Shown here: piece by piece, positions 46,698 to 56,128 of the stretch
How the letters are laid out: each line of letters opens with the position of its first letter
Numbering within the stretch: the stretch's first letter is position 1
Assembly: GCA_965140415.1 (NCBI GenBank)
Contig: OZ223209.1
Span: 5,152,001-5,216,000, forward strand
Reading direction: 5' to 3'
DNA: 64,000 nt
From: Myxococcota bacterium
Lineage (GTDB): Bacteria > Myxococcota_A > SURF-8
Program-made: the position numbers and the translations under genes
Notes under the pieces: generated by a model
The model's database searches: none
Told to the model about the DNA's origin: nothing
Seen by the model: only the letters and a program-made list of their open reading frames with translations

Positions 46698-48719
46698 ATG
46701 GCAGCCAATCACAAAGACATCTTGATCGTAGACGATGAAGTCAAATGGACGGAGAACCTGGCGCAACGGCTACAGCTTCGCGGCATGAGCGTACATACGG
46801 TCAATCGCGGAGAAGAAGCCATCCGGCAGGTGCGGCTGTATGAGTACGATGTGGTGCTGCTCGATTTGAAAATGCCCGGCATGAGTGGCGAAGAGGTGCT
46901 TAAAGAAATCAAGCAGCTTCAACCCACCTGCCAGGTGATCGTGCTGACGGGCCACGCGACGTATCAATCCGCCACGGAAATCGGACGGCTGGACGCCTAC
47001 GCCTTCCACGAAAAAACCCTGGAGTTCGAGGAACTGCTCGCCGAGATCGAAATGGCCAAGCGGGATCGCATCAACCTGCTGACCCGTCACGACATCATTC
47101 CCGATCCGGAGCCGAGCCTCTGGCGAAAGATGTTGGGCGTCACCAACTATCGACCTCTTTTCATCCTAATCGGATTTCTATTATTCGGATTGATTCTGAT
47201 CATGCCAACGCCCGATTCGATGCGGGAGATGGTTTCAACGCCGAAATCCGGCGATATCAACGACGCCATCGGAGGCTACGCCTCCTACCGGGACATGGCC
47301 GTCGGCATGACGATCAAGGACTACTACGGTAAAAGCGCCAAGCTGGATAAAGACAAGCCGATGAGCACGGAAACGGCGGCCTTCAAAATCAAGATCATGA
47401 TCGGTCTGCTGGTCATCGCCGCATTTTTCTGGGGCACTGGCGCAATCCCCATCGGCTTTACCGCTATTTTGATAGCCGTGGTGCTGTACTGGTTTCAGAT
47501 CATGCCGCCGGAACTCGTTGCCAAGAGCTTTTTAAAGGACTCCGTACTCTTTATTTTCGGTGTGCTGGCGATGTCGGTCGGCATTGCAAAAACGGGCCTG
47601 GACCGGCGCATCGGTGTGCTACTGCTTGGCTTAAGCAGCAATATCCGGCGCTTCCTGTTTATTTTCGTACCGCTCTTTTCGGTTACCGCCTCCTTTATTT
47701 CCGAGCACGCGCTGGTCGCCTTTATCACGCCCATCATGCTGGTGGTCTATATGGCAACCATTAAAACCGCCGGGCTGAAGGAAGATAAAAATCTGGCGCT
47801 GCTACTGCTGTTGATCGTCACCTGGGCGGGTAACATCGGCGGTCCCGGCTCTCCCAGCGCGGGAGGACGTAACGCCATCATGCTCGGTATCCTGAAGGAT
47901 TACGGTGTTGCGCCCTCCTATGGCGAGTGGGTCACCTACGGTTTGCCCTTCGTTCCGGTCATGGCGCTGGTCATCGGCCTGTATTTCTATCTGGTCATTG
48001 CCCGCAAGGTCAAAGTCAAGGACGTCAACATCTCGAAAATCGTCAAAGCCGAATCCAAACGGCTGGGACCGATGGTGCGCAAGGAATACCAGATGGCGGC
48101 GGTGTTGGGTATCGTAATCCTGGGCTGGATTACGCTGTCGAGCACCTTCGGCATGGCCGGACCCGTACTATTGGGACTGCTGTTGATGTCGTTGATGCGC
48201 CTGGTTCGCTGGAAAGACATCACGCGCATCAACTGGGAGGTCGTTGCACTCTATGCCGCAGCCACCGCGCTGGGTAAGGGGCTGGCCGTCACCGGAGCGG
48301 CGCTGTACATCGCCAAAGGTTTCCTTGCGATTCTTCCCGAGTCGATGAGTTCCGGTTCCGGCCTGGCCGTAGCGGCCAGTGTCATGACCGGTGTATTGAC
48401 CAATCTGATGAGCGACGGCGCCACCGTTTCGGCGGTCGGTCCCATTACGGTTCCGATGGCGGTATTGTCCAACACGCATCCCTGGATGATCGGTCTGGCG
48501 ACCGCGTTTGCGTCTTCCTTCGCACACATTCTGATCATCGGAACGCCCAATAACGCGATCGTCTATGCCCTTGCGGAAAATCCCGAAACGGGCGAGCGAC
48601 TGATTACGCTTGGAGATTTCGCCAAACACGGACTGGCGATTTTCCTTCTTTCGCTACTCGTGCTTTGGATCTGGATTATCGGCATTTACTGGAATTGGCT
48701 GGGATTCCCTGCCACCTAA
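46698..48719 (+). CDS. Receiver domain fused to SLC13/DASS family transporter
   Basis: ILIVDDE..VLLDLKMPGMSG..VLTGH; then many TM helices with GGPGSPSAGGRNAI, TNLMSDGAT, IGTPNNAIVY. Confidence 0.88.
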   Translation: MAANHKDILIVDDEVKWTENLAQRLQLRGMSVHTVNRGEEAIRQVRLYEYDVVLLDLKMPGMSGEEVLKEIKQLQPTCQVIVLTGHATYQSATEIGRLDAYAFHEKTLEFEELLAEIEMAKRDRINLLTRHDIIPDPEPSLWRKMLGVTNYRPLFILIGFLLFGLILIMPTPDSMREMVSTPKSGDINDAIGGYASYRDMAVGMTIKDYYGKSAKLDKDKPMSTETAAFKIKIMIGLLVIAAFFWGTGAIPIGFTAILIAVVLYWFQIMPPELVAKSFLKDSVLFIFGVLAMSVGIAKTGLDRRIGVLLLGLSSNIRRFLFIFVPLFSVTASFISEHALVAFITPIMLVVYMATIKTAGLKEDKNLALLLLLIVTWAGNIGGPGSPSAGGRNAIMLGILKDYGVAPSYGEWVTYGLPFVPVMALVIGLYFYLVIARKVKVKDVNISKIVKAESKRLGPMVRKEYQMAAVLGIVILGWITLSSTFGMAGPVLLGLLLMSLMRLVRWKDITRINWEVVALYAAATALGKGLAVTGAALYIAKGFLAILPESMSSGSGLAVAASVMTGVLTNLMSDGATVSAVGPITVPMAVLSNTHPWMIGLATAFASSFAHILIIGTPNNAIVYALAENPETGERLITLGDFAKHGLAIFLLSLLVLWIWIIGIYWNWLGFPAT

Positions 48720-48756
48720 TGGCTCACAAACGGGCCTCTTTCGACAGGAGATCGAT

Positions 48757-49242
48757 ATGGAAAACAAAATCCGCTTGCTGTTCGTAGATGACGAAGAGAA
48801 ATTCTTGAACAACATGTCCACCCGGCTGAGATTGCGCGACATCGAAGTCAGCGCGTACACCAGCGGCGCGGAAGCGCTGGCCGATCTGAAAGACGGCAAA
48901 CACTTCGACGTAGCCCTGCTGGATCTGAAAATGCCGGGCATGGACGGAGAAGAACTGCTCAACCACATCAAGCAGCACGATCCTACAATGGAAGTGGTCA
49001 TCCTGACCGGGCATGGTTCGATCCAGTCCGCTACCAGCCTGACTCGCTCCGGCGCTTATGAATACCTGCTGAAACCCTGCGAACTCGACGCCGTGATCGG
49101 TGCGCTTTCAAGCGCCTATTCCAAACGTCTGCGAGCGAAGGGAGAACAGCACGCAAAGAAAGTGGAGGAGGTCATGAGCCGGGCGCTGGGAATGAGCCCC
49201 ATGGAGATTCTGACGGAACTGAGAAACATTCAGGAAGATTGA
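48757..49242 (+). CDS. Single-domain response regulator with short C-terminal extension
   Basis: LFVDDE, LLDLKMPGMDG, ILTGHG, YLLKP; AGGAG RBS. Confidence 0.92.
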   Translation: MENKIRLLFVDDEEKFLNNMSTRLRLRDIEVSAYTSGAEALADLKDGKHFDVALLDLKMPGMDGEELLNHIKQHDPTMEVVILTGHGSIQSATSLTRSGAYEYLLKPCELDAVIGALSSAYSKRLRAKGEQHAKKVEEVMSRALGMSPMEILTELRNIQED

Positions 49243-49323
49243 TTTCCCGTTTCCTTCTCTTCCAGCAACGCGGGCATTGCTTTACACCCGCTTCGACACC
49301 GCAACCAATGAGAAGTGGAATTC

Positions 49324-50427
49324 ATGTCGCAAAATGCGTACAATAGGTTCGAGTCGGGCGATGCTTCCAGAATTCGGGAACTGGCTCCGCTGCCATTGGC
49401 GGCTTTCGTTCTGACGGTGCTTGTAATTGCAGCGGTTGGCATCCTATGCGAGCATTGGGTGGCGGCGGTCATCGCCGGAGCAGGCATGGTGCTGTTATCG
49501 ACAATCGGCCTGATCGACAAGCGTCGCATGGCATTAAGATACCGCTCCGGGATTCGCGAGATTTCAAGTGCCTGGATCAAAGCGCTGACCGCCGAATCCG
49601 GAGATTTGCAACTTAACAAACGGCTACAACGGGACAAGGAGTTTGCCGTTTTGATCGCAGCCATTTCCAACAGTTTGAATTCGACTTCGACGCAGGCTAT
49701 GCCACCGCTGCAAAGCAGCTCCTTTTCCGACATCACGGAAGTAGCCGCCGGGCTGGCGCACGAGATCGGAACACCGCTGAACGTGGTGCGCGTCAATGCC
49801 CAGTACCTCGCACGCAATTTCGAGCAGGACAGCCGGGAGAAACGCCACCTGGATAAGATCGTGCAACAAACGGATCGTATTGCGGATCTGATTCGGGAAT
49901 TATTGGAAGTGGCAGGAGAGGAATTTGTCAGTCGCGGCGAGTTCGACTTTCAACCCCTGCTGCATGCCTGTCTGCGCCGTATCGAAGAAGCCTACCCGGA
50001 ACTGGAATGGGTAAAGGAAATCGAAGAGGGCGACATGCCGATCCATGGCTCAGCGCGCCGCATGAACAGCGCCATTATGAACGTGTTGCAAAATGCATGT
50101 CAGGAAATGAACGGCCACGGCGTACTGGGCATACGGTTGCACCGGCTTCGCTATCGCGGAAGCGAGCACCTGCGCCTGCTGATTGCAGATACCGGCGGTG
50201 GTATTTCCAATGAGATTTCCAACAAGATCTTTCAACCCTTTTTCACCACCAAGTCATCCGGCGAAGGTACGGGACTGGGGCTGGCCCTGGTCAACCGGGT
50301 GATTCGACAACATCACGGAACGATTCACGTGCATTCGAGCAGCGGTCAGGGAGCCGTTTTCGAAATTCTGCTGCCATGTGCACCTACCGAACTTTCCGAA
50401 ACCGTAGAGGAGCAGCATGCCGGATAG
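49324..50427 (+). CDS. Membrane histidine kinase with minimal sensor region
   Basis: Two TM helices, AGLAHEIGTPL, FFTTKSSGEGTGLGL; start uncertain (49315 or 49324). Confidence 0.88.
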   Translation: MSQNAYNRFESGDASRIRELAPLPLAAFVLTVLVIAAVGILCEHWVAAVIAGAGMVLLSTIGLIDKRRMALRYRSGIREISSAWIKALTAESGDLQLNKRLQRDKEFAVLIAAISNSLNSTSTQAMPPLQSSSFSDITEVAAGLAHEIGTPLNVVRVNAQYLARNFEQDSREKRHLDKIVQQTDRIADLIRELLEVAGEEFVSRGEFDFQPLLHACLRRIEEAYPELEWVKEIEEGDMPIHGSARRMNSAIMNVLQNACQEMNGHGVLGIRLHRLRYRGSEHLRLLIADTGGGISNEISNKIFQPFFTTKSSGEGTGLGLALVNRVIRQHHGTIHVHSSSGQGAVFEILLPCAPTELSETVEEQHAG

Positions 50428-51748
50428 CAGACCGTTGAAAATCCTGGTCGCCGAGGACGACCGCGAAATGCTGGAACTGCTGGAGCAGGTGCTCAGCGAA
50501 GATGGCTACCTGGTCAAAGGCGTACCGGATGGCGCTGCGGCGTTGCGTGCGTTACAAGAAGGGGATTTCGATCTCGTGCTGACGGACATCCGCATGCCGC
50601 AGGCTTCCGGTCTGGACGTCTTGCAACAGGCCCGCGCCAGCTACCTGCATCAGCCGGTCATTTTGATGACCGCCTTCGGCAGCATCGAATCTGCTGTGGA
50701 AGCCATGAAGGCAGGGGCATATTCCTACATTCCCAAGCCCTTCGATCTGGATGAACTGCTCGCCCAGGTAGGTGAAGTTGCACATCAGATTCACCAGACC
50801 CAGCGCGCTGCCGGATCACCCGACCCGGACACGCCCTTCCCCATCGTCTTTAAAAGCAAGGCGTTCCAGCGCGTCATCGATCTGGTGGCAGATGTCGCCG
50901 AAAGCTCTGCAACCGTACTGATTACGGGCGAAAGCGGCACCGGTAAGGAACTGATCGCCGAGCAGATCCATCGCCGCAGCAGTCGCAAGGACAAGGATTT
51001 CGTCGCCTTCAACGTCACCGCCATAGCCGAACATTTGGTAGAAAGCGAGTTGTTCGGGCATGTCAAAGGTTCGTTTACTGGCGCCATCGGCGATAAAACC
51101 GGCCTGATCGAAAAAGCTTCGGGCGGAACCTTGTTTCTAGACGAAGTCGGCGACATGGACCTGGCAATGCAGATCAAGCTGTTACGTTTCATTCAGGAGC
51201 GGCGCATCCGCAAAGTCGGTTCCGTCGATTCGATCCCGGTGGATATCCGCCTGCTGGCGGCGACGAACCAGGACCTTGCCGAACTGATCAAGCAAGGGCG
51301 CTTCCGCGAGGATCTGTTCTACCGCCTGTCGGTCGTCAACATTCACCTGCCGCCGCTGCGCGAGCGCCGCGAAGACGTTATGGAGCTTGCATTTCACTTC
51401 CTGCGCCGCTTCAACCAGGATGGAGCCATTACCGGTTTCAACCCGGATGCTATCAATCTTTTAACGGATCACCCCTGGCCAGGCAACGTGCGGCAACTGG
51501 AAAACGCAATCGAATATGCCTGTTTGCGTAGAAAGAAAGGGACGATCTCGAAGGACGATCTGCCGCAGTGGCTTGGCTCCTATTCCACCGAGCACCTCAC
51601 TGACGGACGCGCTCTCGACGTGATCGAGCGCCAGCACATCGAGCAGGTGCTGGCCGACTGCGACGGCAACCAGTCTCGCGCCGCGCGCGTGCTGGGTATC
51701 AATCGCCGCACACTGGGACGCAAACTGAAACAATATGAAGAAAGCTGA
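50417..51748 (+). CDS. NtrC-family sigma-54 response regulator
   Basis: REC, GESGTGKE, GSFTGA, LFLDEVG, WPGNVRQLEN, Fis-type HTH. Confidence 0.95.
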   Translation: MPDSRPLKILVAEDDREMLELLEQVLSEDGYLVKGVPDGAAALRALQEGDFDLVLTDIRMPQASGLDVLQQARASYLHQPVILMTAFGSIESAVEAMKAGAYSYIPKPFDLDELLAQVGEVAHQIHQTQRAAGSPDPDTPFPIVFKSKAFQRVIDLVADVAESSATVLITGESGTGKELIAEQIHRRSSRKDKDFVAFNVTAIAEHLVESELFGHVKGSFTGAIGDKTGLIEKASGGTLFLDEVGDMDLAMQIKLLRFIQERRIRKVGSVDSIPVDIRLLAATNQDLAELIKQGRFREDLFYRLSVVNIHLPPLRERREDVMELAFHFLRRFNQDGAITGFNPDAINLLTDHPWPGNVRQLENAIEYACLRRKKGTISKDDLPQWLGSYSTEHLTDGRALDVIERQHIEQVLADCDGNQSRAARVLGINRRTLGRKLKQYEES

Positions 51749-51784
51749 TTGTCGGTTTTACATCACGACACCGAACAGGAGGTC

Positions 51785-52156
51785 ATGTTGACTGCTACGG
51801 AAAGCATCCTGCTGGTTGATGATGAAAAAGATTTCATCGACGCCTTAGCCAAACGACTGCAACGGCGCGGGTTCTCCGTCCAAGTGGCTTACAATGCCGC
51901 CCAGGCCCGGGAACTTGTAAAGGAAACGATCTTTAACGCCGCGATTCTGGACGTCAACCTGCCCGACGGCGACGGCCACGAGTTGTTTAAGGAAATCGCC
52001 GCCATCCAACCCGAAATCAAAGCGATCATGCTTACCGGTTACGGCAACTTGCAAAAAGCGTTTCAACTTGGGAAAAAGGGGCTATACTCCTATTTTGCAA
52101 AACCTTGCGACATCGAAAAACTGATCGAGGCGTTATCTGAGTCCATGAAGGGTTAA
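51785..52156 (+). CDS. Single-domain response regulator
   Basis: LLVDDE, ILDVNLPDGDG, MLTGYG, FAKP. Confidence 0.9.
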   Translation: MLTATESILLVDDEKDFIDALAKRLQRRGFSVQVAYNAAQARELVKETIFNAAILDVNLPDGDGHELFKEIAAIQPEIKAIMLTGYGNLQKAFQLGKKGLYSYFAKPCDIEKLIEALSESMKG

Positions 52157-52158
52157 GG

Positions 52159-53928
52159 ATGGCTTCCCCTGCTGCCGCACGTTCGATATCCCTTAGACGT
52201 ATGCTCGCCATATGGCTGCTTGCCATGATCGTTCTGCCCGTGCTTCCGCTGGCGGTCTTTACCTGGCATGGATATCAAAGCGAAACACAGCAACTGGAAG
52301 CGCAGTTACAAGACAGCAACCGACAGTTTTCCCTATTGGCCGTCGAGTTGCTTGCCAGTACCTTGCAGGAGACAGCTCAATTCCTTCAGGACTGGAACCC
52401 ATCCGATTTAAGCACGGCTGATCTCCCTTTCGATCATATGGAATTCGCCTCTCAAAGCGGCGACATCGTTACCTCAAGCATCGATCCGAAGCGAGTCGGA
52501 CAAGCGCTTCAAGACGGATTGAAATGGACCCGTGTCTCCGCCATCGGCGGTCTGACATTCGACCTTTCCGCAGTGACCCGCATTCCTATGCTGGGTAGCT
52601 CGCGTGTGCTGGTGCGGATTTCCGATCCCGCAGGTCATGGCTATCGCATCGCATATCTCAATCCCATTTTCCTTCACGATCACCTGACCTCGCGTTTCGA
52701 TTCGATGATCAATCGTCACATCTACGCCATCGATGCAAACGGCGCACCGATCTTCTATACCCATCCGGAATTGGTCGAACGACCGGAACTGTTTGCCGAA
52801 AACGAACCGGTACAGCGCTTTCTTTCAGGCAAAACGGGCCCAGTCAAATACGCCAGCAACATTTCCGGGCACGATCGACTCGCCTTCGTTTCCCGTATGC
52901 CGCAAACGGGCTGGGCCGTCATAGTCAGCGCAGACATCGCGGAAAGCATGTTGGATATCCGTGAGCGCTTCATGTGGCTGATTGTCGCCGGCTGCGTTTC
53001 CTGCGCGCTTGCGTTGATTATCTTCTTTTCATTCAGCACCCTGCTTGTGTTACCGCTTTCGGAAGTGGCGAAGGAAATTCGCAGAAAAGATCGGGATCCG
53101 CATGCACACATCTCGCCTCCGCTCTCCGTCTATCGCATCCGAGAACTTGTTCAACTGGTCGAAGACGTCAACCTGCACATCGATCATTTTGTTGCAGCAG
53201 AACAGAAGACCATTCAGGCCGAAAAACTTTCGACATTGGGCGAATTGACCACGGGACTGGCGCATGAACTGGGCACCCCGCTAAACGTCGTGCGAGGCAG
53301 CGCGCAGATGATCAAACGGAAGTGCCCGGACGACTCCAGCCAGGTGGCGTTGACGCGAATCATTCACCAGACGGAACGCATCACGGATCTGATTCGTAAC
53401 CTGCTGGACATTGCCCGGTTGGAACAGGTTCACACGGAAACCCTGGATGTACGCCAGGTCATTGAAAAGATCGGAGAAACCGTTTTAGTCATGTATCCTG
53501 GCGTCAAGCAGCAATTTGATTTCCCAGAAACACCGGTGCGTGTGAATGTTCGAAGGCGTCCAATCGAACACGCTTTACTCAACCTGTTCACCAATGCCTG
53601 CCAAGCGATGGAAGGCAGCGGCCTGCTTACCGTTCGCATCGTATCCAAAATCACATCGGATCATGGCGAGCAATACCTGATCGACATCAAAGACACCGGC
53701 TCTGGAATTGATGAACAACACCTGGCGCATATCTTCAAACCCTTTTACAGCACCAAAAGCGCAGGGCAGGGTTCCGGGTTGGGGCTGGCGCTGGTAGAAC
53801 GTGTGATACGCGAAAACGATGGTTCTGTTCAGGTCGAATCTCCCCCTGATGGCGGCTCACTCTTTCGCCTTGTTTTACCTGCAAGCTCTTCGGAGAGCGT
53901 CCATTCGGAAAGCGTCCTGGAATCGTAA
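52159..53928 (+). CDS. Membrane sensor histidine kinase with Cache-like domain
   Basis: Two TM segments, GLAHELGTPL, FYSTKSAGQGSGLGL. Confidence 0.92.
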   Translation: MASPAAARSISLRRMLAIWLLAMIVLPVLPLAVFTWHGYQSETQQLEAQLQDSNRQFSLLAVELLASTLQETAQFLQDWNPSDLSTADLPFDHMEFASQSGDIVTSSIDPKRVGQALQDGLKWTRVSAIGGLTFDLSAVTRIPMLGSSRVLVRISDPAGHGYRIAYLNPIFLHDHLTSRFDSMINRHIYAIDANGAPIFYTHPELVERPELFAENEPVQRFLSGKTGPVKYASNISGHDRLAFVSRMPQTGWAVIVSADIAESMLDIRERFMWLIVAGCVSCALALIIFFSFSTLLVLPLSEVAKEIRRKDRDPHAHISPPLSVYRIRELVQLVEDVNLHIDHFVAAEQKTIQAEKLSTLGELTTGLAHELGTPLNVVRGSAQMIKRKCPDDSSQVALTRIIHQTERITDLIRNLLDIARLEQVHTETLDVRQVIEKIGETVLVMYPGVKQQFDFPETPVRVNVRRRPIEHALLNLFTNACQAMEGSGLLTVRIVSKITSDHGEQYLIDIKDTGSGIDEQHLAHIFKPFYSTKSAGQGSGLGLALVERVIRENDGSVQVESPPDGGSLFRLVLPASSSESVHSESVLES

Positions 53929-53982
53929 TTTCGGTCGACCCATGCTATACTGGCAACGTTATGAGTATGACGGAGTGCGGCC

Positions 53983-54327
53983 ATGAGCGATCGGAAACGA
54001 CATCCCGACATCCCCGATGAATTCTATGATGAAGCTTACGACCCGGAGCCGGTGGAAATGCCTATCGACGGCACCCTGGATCTGCACACCTTTCAACCGC
54101 GCGAAGTCAAACAGTTGCTACCCGACTATCTACACGCCTGCCGCGAGGCCGGTATCCTTCAGGTGCGCGTGGTTCACGGTAAAGGCAAGGGCGTGCTGCG
54201 CCGGACGGTGCATGCACTTTTGGAACGCCTGCCGGAAGTGCGCTCTTTTTCGCTTGGCGGTTCCGATGCGGGAAGCTGGGGCGCCACCGTCGTAGATTTA
54301 TGGCCAATGGATTCTCAACCGGAATGA
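53983..54327 (+). CDS. Smr/MutS2 domain protein
   Basis: LDLHTF, RVVHGKGKGVLR, GSWGATVV. Confidence 0.92.
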   Translation: MSDRKRHPDIPDEFYDEAYDPEPVEMPIDGTLDLHTFQPREVKQLLPDYLHACREAGILQVRVVHGKGKGVLRRTVHALLERLPEVRSFSLGGSDAGSWGATVVDLWPMDSQPE

Positions 54328-54457
54328 GTCTCAATCGTTGAAAAACCTGCTTCCCCTTTTCCCGGAACAACAACCCTGTGGAGACAGCACCGCTGCAAGG
54401 CCGAGCATGGCAGTGACAAAGACTATAGGCAGATCGACTTTGCGTTTCTGCCATCGA

Positions 54458-55252
54458 TTATGAGGACACGCTTTTTTTAGAGACTATGTAGGGACGTTTG
54501 GTCTGCTTGTCGATAAAGACAGACGCCTGCACGCCAAACTGCTTTTCGATCATTTCAGAAGTGATGATTTCCTCCGGCGTTCCAAGCGCCAACATGTGGC
54601 CTTGCTGTAACACCACGATTCGGTCGGCGTGTATCGACGCCAGATTCAGATCGTGCGTGACGGTCATCACGGCCAACCCGGACTTGCGCTTCATTTCGGA
54701 AAGCAGTTCATACACCTGCAACTGATAACGCAGATCAAGCGAATTCGTTGGCTCGTCCAGCAACAGCACGGAGGTCTGTTGAGCAAACGCGGCGGCCAGC
54801 ACCACACGCTGGCGCTCTCCACCGGAAAGCTCCGTTACGATACGATCCCGCAAATGATGAGTTTCCGTGCGGCGCATGGCCTCTTGCGCGATGCGGTCAT
54901 CCTCCTCGCTGGCAAGACCGAACAAACCCTGATAGGGTCGCCGCCCCAATAGTACGTAATCGTAAACACGGTAGGGAAAATGAAACACCGTCGTCTGTGG
55001 AACCAGCGCAACCTGGCGCGCAGCGTCGATGCGGCCAAGCGATTTCAATGACACGCCCCGGTACAGGATCTCACCTGACAACAAGGGAAGATACCCGATC
55101 AGGCTTTTCATCAGCGTGGATTTCCCGGACCCGTTCGGTCCTACGATAGCCACAAACTCGCCTTCGGATAAGGACAGGGAGATGTTCTTCAGGATTGGAG
55201 TTTTTCCGTATCCCGCCTCCAGATCGATGATAGACAATACCGGTTTCGTCAT
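54458..55252 (-). CDS. ABC transporter ATP-binding protein, iron-siderophore/heme/cobalamin class
   Basis: GPNGSGKST, LSGGERQRV, LLDEPT, THDLNLA; start at MTKPVL. Confidence 0.9.
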   Translation of the reverse strand: MTKPVLSIIDLEAGYGKTPILKNISLSLSEGEFVAIVGPNGSGKSTLMKSLIGYLPLLSGEILYRGVSLKSLGRIDAARQVALVPQTTVFHFPYRVYDYVLLGRRPYQGLFGLASEEDDRIAQEAMRRTETHHLRDRIVTELSGGERQRVVLAAAFAQQTSVLLLDEPTNSLDLRYQLQVYELLSEMKRKSGLAVMTVTHDLNLASIHADRIVVLQQGHMLALGTPEEIITSEMIEKQFGVQASVFIDKQTKRPYIVSKKSVSS

Positions 55253-55489
55253 GGTTCGGCGGTATCCACTTGAAGAATGCAGTAGTAAAACGCTTCGACG
55301 ATCTTGAGCATTTGCGCTCCCGACGATGCTGATGCGCTTGCTCTTGTATGCTTCGATATAGCCCAGCGGTTGCCTAAGTGCAATTTCTTTTTCGCGCAAC
55401 ACTTTCGTCAACGTTTCCGGAAACAACCCGATCGCCATTTCAACAATGAATTGGGCTTGACGATTTCTTATAGTTTTGCTATTGAATGG

Positions 55490-55655
55490 ATTATCCAGGT
55501 TCGCGAATTTGTCGCGACGCAAGCCAGGAAGCCGGTGAGATTCCGGCGCGATCCCGTCACGGTGATCGGTCACGCCCATTCAACTATGCCACTGGGAACC
55601 CCCGGGAAGGCGAATGGGATACAGGCCGTAAGCCCGGAGACTGACCTGGATGAAC
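55490..55655 (+). ncRNA. Cobalamin (B12) riboswitch
   Basis: P1 TCCAGGT/ACCTGGA; GGAAGCCGGTG-AGATT-CCGGCGCG-ATCCCGTCACGGTGA; GCCACTG...CGGGAAGGC; B12-box-like AAGCCCGGAGAC. Confidence 0.88.
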
Positions 55656-55776
55656 CCTTTGGGCGCGCCTCGGGGATTGGGCGTGGGGGAGTCGCAGCAC
55701 ATCACTCCTTATTTTCCAATCCAGAATCGGGGCGGCAATAACCCCTTTCTTCCATTTTTTGGAAAGGAGCCGCACC

Positions 55777-56031
55777 ATGCCGCGAAAGAACGGAACCGTA
55801 TTGTATTTCACCTCAACCGCGCGGGACTATTCCGAAGAAGACCTTCTGCGCATCATCGACAACAATCATCTCGACTTGCGCCTGTGCCAGGTCGCAGAGG
55901 AACGGGATGCCGCCGACGCATTGCGTCTGTTGGTTCAGCGTGGTGCGCGAGTGGTGGATGGGCTTTGTGTCAGCAGCACAGAGGATGGCTCGTTTCAAAC
56001 CGTCGGCGCTCCCATGCGTTTATACGGGTGA
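55777..56031 (+). CDS. Uncharacterised 84-aa protein downstream of the B12 riboswitch
   Basis: GGAAAGGAG RBS and ATG at 55777; MPRKNGTVLYFTS...DAADALRLLVQRGARVVDG... Confidence 0.72.
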   Translation: MPRKNGTVLYFTSTARDYSEEDLLRIIDNNHLDLRLCQVAEERDAADALRLLVQRGARVVDGLCVSSTEDGSFQTVGAPMRLYG

Positions 56032-56128
56032 AACGACTCGTCGAGGCTTTTTTGTCGATTTCTTTTCGATAGACGAGCGGCAGCCGTGATACACTCCCCG
56101 CTATACGCTTTACAAGGAGAATCACGCC

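Noticed and set aside
55253-55579. N-terminal extension of the ABC ATPase, or riboswitch controlling it
   Set aside because: Extension overlaps the riboswitch, whose conserved motifs read on the opposite strand
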